Shown here in pieces: positions 27,378 through 35,616 of a DNA stretch of 64,000 nucleotides (position 1 is its first letter; every line of letters begins with the position of its first letter). Source of the DNA: Candidatus Poseidoniaceae archaeon (GTDB lineage Archaea; Thermoplasmatota; Poseidoniia; Poseidoniales; Poseidoniaceae); assembly GCA_049623485.1 (NCBI GenBank), contig JBMZTB010000002.1, positions 8,446 through 72,445 of the forward strand. The letters run 5' to 3'. The notes below the pieces were generated by a model. It worked only from the letters and a program-made list of their open reading frames with translations. It was not told the DNA's origin and did no database searches. The translations under genes and the position numbers were made by a program.

Positions 27378-28544
27378 ATGCTAGACCGTCACTCTTCAAC
27401 ACTCCTCGGGGGAGACGAAAAGAGTCTGAAAATCCACGACCTTGTTAAAGCTCCTGCAAACACTCCTTGGGCTAAGGAGCGCCAGCAATCCTGGGATGCT
27501 AGCAAACCCGCAACTGTATACCATACTCCAGAAATGACCGCAGATGGTGAGCCATGTACTGCTGTCACAGTCATTTTACGAACCAAAGGATGCCATTGGT
27601 GGTGGTCTTCTGGATGTACGTTTTGCGGTTACTTTAACGATACACGGGATGATGTAACCAGCGAAGATCTTCACGCCCAATGGAATGAAGCGAAAAGAAA
27701 GTACAATGATTTTGAGGGCCATTCAATGGTGAAAGTCTATACATCAGGATCGTTACTTGAAGACCGTGAAATACCAGTAGATTTCCAAGAAACCGTTCTT
27801 GCAGACTGCCATTCTTTCGGGAAGGAACTCATCGTTGAAAGCCGTACTGAGCAACTTACAGACGAAAAGTTAGCATGGGCTTCGAGCATAAATCCATCAT
27901 TTACAGTAGCGATTGGTTTAGAAGCATACGATGACGAAGTACTCCGGTTTCATGTCAACAAGGGATTCTCTGTTGCTTCTTGGGACAGAGCAGTCGAACG
28001 TCTTGAGAAATATAACTTGAGAATAAAGACGTATTTGATGTTCAAGCCACCGTTCATGAGCGAAGCCGATGCACTCGATCATTGCGTAAAGTGGATTGAA
28101 TCGGTCGCGGAAAAGAGTGATGAAATTTCAATCAATCCAATGAATATTCAACGTGGAACAGTAATCGATCGTCTCCACCGCCATCAAGAATACAGGCCTC
28201 CATGGCTTTGGTCATTGGTTGAACTTATTCAACAAAGCCATCATATCGTTCATCCTAAAGGCGGAATAAATGGTGATGAGGACCAAATTTCTCGTCTTAT
28301 TATCCATCCAACTGCTGGTGGCAAAATTAGAGGTTCTCACAACTGTGGTGAATGCGATCCAGAGGTTGTAGCTGCGATTGAACGGTATGCTGTTTCCGGC
28401 TCATTGGAAGAATTTACAGGTATCGATTGCGATTGCAAGTCCCTTTGGCAAAAAGAATTAGAAAACGATCGTTCAATTCCAGTTCCTTTAGGGACCTCTC
28501 GGCAAAGAAGGGGTTCTATTATCGAAATGCTCCGCTCATCTTGA
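27378..28544 (+). CDS. Radical-SAM enzyme of the TIGR01210 / RaSEA (archaeosine synthase beta-subunit) type
   Basis: Cluster motif ILRTKGCHWWWSSGCTFCGYFND, followed by a TIM-barrel-like region and C-terminal cysteines (HNCGECD, CDC). AGGAGGG lies 6 nt before the ATG. The family assignment is from motif memory. Confidence 0.6.
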   Translation: MLDRHSSTLLGGDEKSLKIHDLVKAPANTPWAKERQQSWDASKPATVYHTPEMTADGEPCTAVTVILRTKGCHWWWSSGCTFCGYFNDTRDDVTSEDLHAQWNEAKRKYNDFEGHSMVKVYTSGSLLEDREIPVDFQETVLADCHSFGKELIVESRTEQLTDEKLAWASSINPSFTVAIGLEAYDDEVLRFHVNKGFSVASWDRAVERLEKYNLRIKTYLMFKPPFMSEADALDHCVKWIESVAEKSDEISINPMNIQRGTVIDRLHRHQEYRPPWLWSLVELIQQSHHIVHPKGGINGDEDQISRLIIHPTAGGKIRGSHNCGECDPEVVAAIERYAVSGSLEEFTGIDCDCKSLWQKELENDRSIPVPLGTSRQRRGSIIEMLRSS

Positions 28545-28646
28545 AACTCCAAATATACAGCCTTGTTCGATGGATAGCATAGTGAATGTTTATCACCACG
28601 TTTCAAGTCGCAAACATGTCCATCTCGGATTCATTCAGGTGATGCA

Positions 28647-28919
28647 ATGTCGAACAGTACAGAACTCCCCGATGCAGTCATAGGAACTGCAGAACCATCG
28701 TCCAGTCGAATTATGTTGGTTTTACTCTCAGTAGTAGCCATTGGGATGTTCGGTCTGTTTAGCACAATCTTCGGCTGGGACAACATTCCAGTCATCGGAG
28801 ATATCGTTCCATTGATGTCCAATCTTGGCGGCTCAGGAATTTGGTATTACCTTCTTGGATTTATTATTGGCATTGGAGCGATTGTCTCCACCTTAGCGGG
28901 AGAGGTAATCTCGGAGTAG
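28647..28919 (+). CDS. Small membrane protein (2 TM)
   Basis: Two hydrophobic helices (IMLVLLSVVAIGMFGLFSTIF; IWYYLLGFIIGIGAIVSTLAG). AGGTGAT lies 3 nt before the ATG. Confidence 0.55.
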   Translation: MSNSTELPDAVIGTAEPSSSRIMLVLLSVVAIGMFGLFSTIFGWDNIPVIGDIVPLMSNLGGSGIWYYLLGFIIGIGAIVSTLAGEVISE

Positions 28920-28928
28920 GTGATTGAA

Positions 28929-30893
28929 ATGGAAGCAGTTTTTATCGCATTATTTTTCTTCTTTACTGTTGTTGGTTTTTCAACATTCTATCTTCAAAAA
29001 GGAATTGGAACAATGGCCGACCCAATGCGCCAATTCGGTCTTTTCCTCCTTAACAAAGCACCAGCAGGGATTGTTGATCTCTTCAATGATGAGAAAGGAA
29101 GTGGGGCCAAGACCTGGATGAATCTAGGAATGATTTGGTTAACTCTTGCAGGTATCGGAACCTTCCTTTCCCTCTGGCATGATTATGATGGCAGTGCACT
29201 CGATTCTCTTGCTAGTATCGGGTGGGCATACGATGACGGCAGCGCTCTCGATACTTTCGTCAATGCAACATTGATCACAGGATTGTTCTCTGTTTTACTT
29301 GGCGGCGGTCTTGTCGCTGTTGCACGAAGTGGTGCAGGCAAGATGGCTAGTGAATCAAATGCGAGCCTGACTGCACTTCTTTTCAGTGTCCTTACCGCTG
29401 CAGCGCTCCTCCTTCCAACAATCCTTGGTCTTCTGGCTAACCTCAGTGCAGAAAACGAAACACTTCTGCAAGATTTGTTCATGCATTCTTTGCGTGCATT
29501 CATCATCATCGCAGTCATGATCAATGTCCTCCTTACAGTCGCTCAACGTAAAGGCGAGACAATTCAAGCAAGCAACTGGTTTGTGTTCATGGCACTTGCT
29601 TCGTTCATCTTCGGATCTCAATTCCGTTTCTTCGGAGAGTTAGCAGATTCTACTCAAGTCGTTTGGCTTGGAGAGAGAATGACGCAGTCATGGGTTATGA
29701 TTTCGCTCTTCTTTGCAGTTGCATACCACCTTGTTCCTCGTGCCGCAAGTCGCCCAATCTGGTCCGACTCAATGACAAAGGCAAGCATGCTCCTTCTCTT
29801 CATTACACTCCCTCCATTCATGATGAGTTCTGCTGACGCAGGAACACTCCTCGAGAATCTGGGTGCTATTCTAATGACGCTTGCACTCCTTCCTATCTTC
29901 GCAGGGTCGGTCAATATCATTATGACTGCAGCAGGGAACGCTACAGGCATCGTTGCTCGCCCAGGAGCTATGGCAGCAACACTAGCAATGATTGCATTCC
30001 CAATCTTCGCTATTGGCGGTTATTTCACATCTCTGGATGTTTTCATCGGTTTGGGAACACTCAACGATATGGCCACGACTGTCGATATTGGACTCCTTTG
30101 GACTGTAGGCGGACTCATGGCAGTTGCCTGTATCTGTGAATCCTATCCGCTTGCCGCAAATCGCCAATTGTCTTCTCCTTCCTCCGCATCTCTCACAACG
30201 ATCTTGGTTGCCTTTGGCGGAATTACATCGACCGTTGCAAAGATTATGGGAGACTTTACCGAAAAGGCTCTACTCGATTCTGGAAGCGAAGATGTGGTAA
30301 TGACAGATGGTGGTTTTAGCCTTACAGCGGCCGTTCTCTTTTACATCACTTCAATTGGAATTATCCTCCTCTTCCTGAACCTGATTAGAACTTCGATTGG
30401 AGGTATGAAGAACGAAATGACCGCATCAACAACCTCTGATATTACACGATATTCACTTCAAACAGGTGAATCCTCAATTCGCAAACTCTTGCAACGCGGA
30501 GTTGGCGTTGACACAGTTCTCGTGGTCGGACAAGATGTTGAAGACGAAGGCGGAGTAGAGATAATCGAAGTCTCTTCTACACTCCACAATGATGAAATTA
30601 CAGAATTTCCAGTTGTTAAAACAGAACTTGAGATGCTTTCCGATTATCTGGTAAAGAAAGAAATGACCATTTTCGAATTCTTCAGGTCCATTGATTTGGA
30701 TGATTCAGGAAACATCGATGGATTTGAACTACAACAGGCGCTCCTCAATTCAGAAATTGCAGATCTTCCTCCATGGGACGTATTGAAACTCATGGAAATG
30801 ATTGACCTAGATGGCGATGGACGAATCAATTTGCCAGAGTTGGACATCGCAATTGCTCGTGTTCGACCAAACCCATTCTCTGAAGAAGAGTGA
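28929..30893 (+). CDS. Polytopic membrane protein (12 or more TM) with C-terminal EF-hand pair
   Basis: About 500 aa of hydrophobic helices, then a soluble tail with two canonical Ca-binding loops: DLDDSGNIDGFE (from 30693) and DLDGDGRINLPE (to 30839). AGGTGAT lies 4 nt before ATG 28929. Confidence 0.65.
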   Translation: MEAVFIALFFFFTVVGFSTFYLQKGIGTMADPMRQFGLFLLNKAPAGIVDLFNDEKGSGAKTWMNLGMIWLTLAGIGTFLSLWHDYDGSALDSLASIGWAYDDGSALDTFVNATLITGLFSVLLGGGLVAVARSGAGKMASESNASLTALLFSVLTAAALLLPTILGLLANLSAENETLLQDLFMHSLRAFIIIAVMINVLLTVAQRKGETIQASNWFVFMALASFIFGSQFRFFGELADSTQVVWLGERMTQSWVMISLFFAVAYHLVPRAASRPIWSDSMTKASMLLLFITLPPFMMSSADAGTLLENLGAILMTLALLPIFAGSVNIIMTAAGNATGIVARPGAMAATLAMIAFPIFAIGGYFTSLDVFIGLGTLNDMATTVDIGLLWTVGGLMAVACICESYPLAANRQLSSPSSASLTTILVAFGGITSTVAKIMGDFTEKALLDSGSEDVVMTDGGFSLTAAVLFYITSIGIILLFLNLIRTSIGGMKNEMTASTTSDITRYSLQTGESSIRKLLQRGVGVDTVLVVGQDVEDEGGVEIIEVSSTLHNDEITEFPVVKTELEMLSDYLVKKEMTIFEFFRSIDLDDSGNIDGFELQQALLNSEIADLPPWDVLKLMEMIDLDGDGRINLPELDIAIARVRPNPFSEEE

Positions 30894-32185
30894 TTCTGGG
30901 CGGGTTTTCCGTGCGAATTGGATTGGTCGGAAAACCCAATGTAGGGAAGTCAACCTTCTTTGCAGCATCCACTCTCATTCCAGTCGACATTGCAAATTAT
31001 CCGTTCTGTACAATTGACCCTAATGTTGGTATTTCTTTCATTCCAAGCCGTCTTCCATGCCCATGTGGTGAATTACGTACTCGTATAGAAGAAGATGGAA
31101 GAGTTGAACTTTCATCCGAAAGAGGAGGAAGTATCTGCACCCCACGAACAGGTTCTTGTGAGAATCATCAACGTTACGTCCCCTGCATGCTTGTTGACGT
31201 TGCAGGTCTTGTTCCAGGAGCAAGTGAAGGGAGAGGAAGAGGAAACGCTTTCCTATCAGACCTTGCTGAATGTCATGCTCTTATCCAAGTTATCGATGTT
31301 GCTGGGACAACAGATGCAGAGGGCAATCCAATAGGAGCAGGGAAAACAAAAGAAGAGGCCATTGAGCAAGCATTAGCCGAAGTCTCTTTTCTTACAAATG
31401 AATTAGATGCTTGGATATTGAGTCTTCTCAAAGATGGCTGGGTCCGAGGTGCTCGTAAAATACAAGCTGAAGGAGTGAAAGGTTTCGTCCAATTCCTTCA
31501 TGATCGTCTCTCAGGTCTAGGAGCAACCCAAAGCATCTGTCAACGCTCATTCGACTCTTTCCACTCACAACATGGAGATATGACCTCGCCATGGGATTGG
31601 TCCGATGACATTCTAAGGATTCTAGCATCATCGGTCAGAAACCATCTGTTCCCTCTGTTCATCGCAGGGAACAAAGCTGATCTTGCACCAGAAGGTGTTA
31701 TTGAACATCTATCGAAAATCATCCCTCAATTTGTTCCATGCTCAGCAGAGACCGAGTTTGCACTACGTAAGGCGAATGAAGCAGGATTCATTGAATACAC
31801 TTCAGGAGCCTCGACCTTCACCATTCCAGATCAGAAGGCTCTCAACGAAGCTCAAGCAAAAGGATTGGAAATGCTTCAACAGAGGTTGACGAAAATGGGG
31901 GGAACAGGACTTAACAAATTACTCGATCGAGTTTTGTTTGATGAACTTGATCGAATTGTTGTATATCCTGTCCAAGATGAGTCGCATTGGACTGACGGTG
32001 ATGGAAATGTACTTCCAGATGCTCTAGTTGTGGAATCGAATATTCAAGCAAAGCAAGTGGCATACAAAGTTCACAGCGATCTTGGTGATGGTTTCATCAA
32101 AGGTGTGGACGGGCGTACTCGTCGAATCGTCGGAGCAGAGCACGAACTATCCGATGGAGATGTTCTGCGTATTCACTCAAAATAA
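30890..32185 (+). CDS. Obg-family P-loop GTPase/ATPase (YchF/OLA1-like, with TGS-like C-terminus)
   Basis: G1 IGLVGKPNVGKST, ANYPFCTIDPNVG, G3 LVDVAGLV, G4 AGNKADL, and a C-terminal TGS-like DGDVLRIHS. The start is GTG 30890 or GTG 30911. Confidence 0.8.
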   Translation: MILGGFSVRIGLVGKPNVGKSTFFAASTLIPVDIANYPFCTIDPNVGISFIPSRLPCPCGELRTRIEEDGRVELSSERGGSICTPRTGSCENHQRYVPCMLVDVAGLVPGASEGRGRGNAFLSDLAECHALIQVIDVAGTTDAEGNPIGAGKTKEEAIEQALAEVSFLTNELDAWILSLLKDGWVRGARKIQAEGVKGFVQFLHDRLSGLGATQSICQRSFDSFHSQHGDMTSPWDWSDDILRILASSVRNHLFPLFIAGNKADLAPEGVIEHLSKIIPQFVPCSAETEFALRKANEAGFIEYTSGASTFTIPDQKALNEAQAKGLEMLQQRLTKMGGTGLNKLLDRVLFDELDRIVVYPVQDESHWTDGDGNVLPDALVVESNIQAKQVAYKVHSDLGDGFIKGVDGRTRRIVGAEHELSDGDVLRIHSK

Positions 32186-32189
32186 TGAA

Positions 32190-32576
32190 TCAGTGACCCT
32201 TTGGTCGTTCATAGTCAGGGGTAAGTCTTGCAAGTGTGCTTGTGTACTTTGCTCCACTTGTTATGAAGAGTACAAGCGATGCAAGTGTGAGTAGTGTAAG
32301 CATAATTAGCATGTACATACCCCACGGGCTAATACTGCGAACTGTTGTAATGTAAAGACCCCAAAGAACTGAAAGATATAGGAAAGGTCGATATCGGCGA
32401 GATACAGTACTCAATCGGGCTGATTTGAGCGTATCATCATACAGGTTAGGAGCATCTTCCTTACTGATCATTCCATGTTCAACTCCACATCGAGTGCAGA
32501 CCTGTGTATTTGGCCCATTTCCATGAATGAAGAACTCACGAGGATAGGTTGCAGAACATAGGCGACAGGTTGGCAT
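32190..32576 (-). CDS. Zinc-ribbon membrane protein (2 TM)
   Basis: N-terminal CRLC...CTRC ribbon, followed by two hydrophobic helices (FLYLSVLWGLYITTV; MYMLIMLTLLTLASLVLFI). Confidence 0.5.
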   Translation of the reverse strand: MPTCRLCSATYPREFFIHGNGPNTQVCTRCGVEHGMISKEDAPNLYDDTLKSARLSTVSRRYRPFLYLSVLWGLYITTVRSISPWGMYMLIMLTLLTLASLVLFITSGAKYTSTLARLTPDYERPKGH

Positions 32577-32613
32577 CTCTCTCCCTCAGTCCTGCCCACC
32601 GACTACCGTCATT

Positions 32614-34821
32614 TCAACCATGCGCTTGAGAATTTAGAAAAGCGTCAAGGATAAACGCTCCAGATTGACTTCCAACAGACTCTGGATGGAACTGAACCCC
32701 AAAAACAGGATGTGATTGACTCCGTATCGCTAGAACAAGTGATTTTGTTTCATCAGTTGCATCAATTTGGAACCCTGAATTGGCTTGATGATCTGATGAA
32801 AGAAGTGTCAAAGAATTGTATCTGGTCATATGGATTTCAGAAAGGTTCTCAAAAAGGCCACGCCCGTTATGCAAGCATTCGACGGGAATTCCATGTACTG
32901 GGCCAGAGGGGCTAGGAATCAACTGCCAGCCGGCTGCGATGCCAAGCGCTTGATGGCCGAGGCAAATCCCAAGTGTTGGGGGCAACTCTCCAGCAAGAGC
33001 CATTTCTGCAAATTCCATTGTCAGTGGGCTGTCTTTTGGCCAACCTGGACCGGGGCCTAGAATGACATGAGATGGATTGAGAAGTTCTATTATTTTCTTT
33101 GCGGATTGAGTGGTGTTGCTCCTTCCATTCATGATGTTTACATCATATCCAAGGCCACAAATCATGTGGGCAATGTTGTATGTGAAGGAATCAAGATTAT
33201 CGATAAGGAGGACAGAATCTTGTTTGAATTTATTTGTATAGATGGAATTTGAAATTGGTGATGATTTCAAATCACCCTCTATCGGTAGGGAATGGACTGA
33301 AAGATCACCGCGTGGAATAGAGAGACGGTCATCATCTATCCATCCACAGGATCTCAGGAGGGCGTTTGCTTTCCACTTCGCTTCGGCGACCTCAGATTTA
33401 GGATTTGATTCAATGGTAATACCACCGCCAGCAGTAACTCTCGCTTTCCATCCATTTTCATCTCGTTTCAACTCTGCAGTTCGAATCATAATATTCCAAG
33501 AGGACATGTTCGTTTTTGTTTCAAACCAGCCTAATGATCCCGTCCAAAACGACCTTGGCTGCCTTTCTAATTCATCGATAGCTGAACAAACAACTGTTCG
33601 CGGACATCCAGTAATCGATCCGCCAGGAAACACTGCCTGGAAAGCGTCAAAAGCATCGAGTCCATTTTTCATCCGCCCTTGAACACGAGTTACTAGGTGC
33701 TGAACTTCTGCATATGTTTCAACATCAAATCGTTCAATCCAAATTTGGTTTGGCTTTGCTATGGCTCCAACGTCGTTGCGCATGAGATCAACAAGCATTC
33801 TGTGTTCTGCACGTTCTTTTCGATCTGAAATCATATCTTCTCGTAACAAAAGCTCCTCGGCAAGCGATGCTCCTCTAGGGCGTGTTCCTTTGATTGGAGC
33901 GGTTGTGATAATGTCGTCCTTTGTGGACAACAACGATTCAGGGGAGGCGCATATCAATGCCAACTCCTCATCGTTTACATGAACATAACCAGAAAATGGA
34001 GCAGGATTTGATGAAACCGAATGACATAACACCTCCCATGGTTCAGATTCAATTGCCCCTTCCCAAGTTCTTCCATAGTTGAGTTGATACAATTGTCCGT
34101 CTTTGATTGCAGAATGTATGGTTTCTACAATCTGTTCGTGTTCTTCATCAGTACAATTCGAAATCGGAGGCGGTGAAGGCTTTATTGTTGGTGCGTATTC
34201 AGAATGGACGTGTTTTGAAAGAGATACATCCGCTGCTTTGGCCCAATGTTGATCTGTTGAATAAACCCTCATCATATCCATTTCTTTGCAATGGATAATG
34301 CACTTGTCAATTCTCCATACAACAGAAAGCAGTTCATTCTCCTTTGGAGGGTACTGCAATCCAATGGGTTGGGTCCATTGAACCAAATCATATGAGAAAG
34401 CACCAGTCCAAAATGGCCCTGTGATTGGAATTGTTTCAAGAAGTTGATCAAAACTAATCTGTTCTCTAGGACAAAAATGACGAAGAATATCTGCTATGGT
34501 AGTTGCTTCAAATTTTTCTTGAACAACCCAACAAGTCCCATTCCATTGCTGCAATTCGGATGTGATTACTGATGATTCAGTCAATCTGATATCGCCATTC
34601 ATCGGAGAATGAGGGGGCGCAGGTGAAATGATTTCACTCGAAGGCTGTCGAATAATTATTCGAGCAGTACTGGGTCCACAAAGAAGAGAGAAGGTTGCAA
34701 GATGACTTTTTGGTCCCGAGGAAAGTAACATCATCTCGTCAGGAGAACCATATTGGTGAGCATTATCTCCAAGTAACCCCTGGGACTGTAACGTATTTCG
34801 TAGCGAAAGCAGAGGCTCCAT
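32614..34821 (-). CDS. pabB: Aminodeoxychorismate synthase, fused component I (PabB) and C-terminal glutamine amidotransferase (PabA)
   Basis: Chorismate-binding motifs QLYQLNYGR, ASPESLL, APIKGTRPRG (PIKGT with Lys is the PabB signature; TrpE has PIAGT), AEHRMLVDLMRNDVG, and FPGGSITGCPR. The C-terminal GATase has LLIDNLDSFTYN, GICLGHQAL and FGVQFHPES. Confidence 0.85.
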   Translation of the reverse strand: MEPLLSLRNTLQSQGLLGDNAHQYGSPDEMMLLSSGPKSHLATFSLLCGPSTARIIIRQPSSEIISPAPPHSPMNGDIRLTESSVITSELQQWNGTCWVVQEKFEATTIADILRHFCPREQISFDQLLETIPITGPFWTGAFSYDLVQWTQPIGLQYPPKENELLSVVWRIDKCIIHCKEMDMMRVYSTDQHWAKAADVSLSKHVHSEYAPTIKPSPPPISNCTDEEHEQIVETIHSAIKDGQLYQLNYGRTWEGAIESEPWEVLCHSVSSNPAPFSGYVHVNDEELALICASPESLLSTKDDIITTAPIKGTRPRGASLAEELLLREDMISDRKERAEHRMLVDLMRNDVGAIAKPNQIWIERFDVETYAEVQHLVTRVQGRMKNGLDAFDAFQAVFPGGSITGCPRTVVCSAIDELERQPRSFWTGSLGWFETKTNMSSWNIMIRTAELKRDENGWKARVTAGGGITIESNPKSEVAEAKWKANALLRSCGWIDDDRLSIPRGDLSVHSLPIEGDLKSSPISNSIYTNKFKQDSVLLIDNLDSFTYNIAHMICGLGYDVNIMNGRSNTTQSAKKIIELLNPSHVILGPGPGWPKDSPLTMEFAEMALAGELPPTLGICLGHQALGIAAGWQLIPSPSGPVHGIPVECLHNGRGLFENLSEIHMTRYNSLTLLSSDHQANSGFQIDATDETKSLVLAIRSQSHPVFGVQFHPESVGSQSGAFILDAFLNSQAHG

Positions 34822-35592
34822 TCATTTCACCTCAGTCCATGATGATTCATCATCTTCCAAACGAGATAATATATTTCTACACAGATCAGTCAATCTTGTT
34901 GTCCCATCCCCAATTTCTTCTCCATCAATCGATTCAATGGTTGAAGCGCCTAATCCACTTCCAAGAACGACACATTCAATGCAACGAGCAACCATGCGCT
35001 CGTTTAGATTTCCCTTTTGGATAGGAAAACCAGAGGATTTTAGTTCTGGCAAAATCGAATGAAGCGTGACGCCATCGACCGCTTGAGATGAAGCACTGTA
35101 CCATACAACCCCATCTTCGTCTAGTAAAATTGGTGAGCCTCGATCCCCATCAATAACTGAATATTCATGAACAAATAATGCAATATCTGCTCCAGATTGT
35201 TCTGCCTTTTGCTTTGCTTCATGATACACACTCCAGGCCCCATGCTTTGTCCCAGCGACTCGCTTTGGCCATATTTTTGCTTCAACAGTTATTGCATCAC
35301 AAGGCTCATTTCTTATCGAAAATGCTCGATTGGAGAAATTCCATTTTCCCTCAGAAGTGTACTCAATTCGTAGAAGTCCATCTTCAAGTTGAGATTCCAT
35401 CTCAACGATTTGCTCTAGAACGCTCTGTTTCCAATCGTTTGGTAACTCGATTCTAAGATTTTTAGCATGTTCCTGGAGGCGAACTGAATGCTGATCAAAT
35501 TGAAACAATCCTCGTTCTATTGAATACTGCAACGTTGTAAAAACAGCGGAACGTGGGGGTTGCCGCATGCTGCTCATACCACTACCTGTCAT
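34822..35592 (-). CDS. Class IV aminotransferase-fold protein, probable aminodeoxychorismate lyase (PabC-like)
   Basis: FTTLQYSIERGLFQFDQHSVRLQEHA (fold-type IV N-terminal pattern) and SPILLDEDGVVWYSASSQAVDGVTLHSIL. Its TGA stop is immediately followed by the pabB ATG (AAATGAATG). Confidence 0.6.
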   Translation of the reverse strand: MTGSGMSSMRQPPRSAVFTTLQYSIERGLFQFDQHSVRLQEHAKNLRIELPNDWKQSVLEQIVEMESQLEDGLLRIEYTSEGKWNFSNRAFSIRNEPCDAITVEAKIWPKRVAGTKHGAWSVYHEAKQKAEQSGADIALFVHEYSVIDGDRGSPILLDEDGVVWYSASSQAVDGVTLHSILPELKSSGFPIQKGNLNERMVARCIECVVLGSGLGASTIESIDGEEIGDGTTRLTDLCRNILSRLEDDESSWTEVK

Positions 35593-35616
35593 TCCTATGA
35601 CTTGAGCATCACGGTA

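Noticed and set aside
28917-28919. In-frame TAG between the 2-TM ORF and the EF-hand membrane protein, considered as readthrough, pyrrolysine or a split gene
   Set aside because: An AGGTGAT SD motif spans the stop and sits 4 nt before ATG 28929. This fits ordinary termination-reinitiation coupling. There are no pyl genes or other in-frame TAGs to suggest recoding.
28929-30893. Possible haem-copper oxidase subunit I / NorB-like identity of the polytopic membrane protein
   Set aside because: One segment (FFAVAYHLVPRAASRPIWS) looks vaguely CcoN-like. However, the six conserved haem/Cu histidine ligands are absent, so I only call it a polytopic membrane protein.
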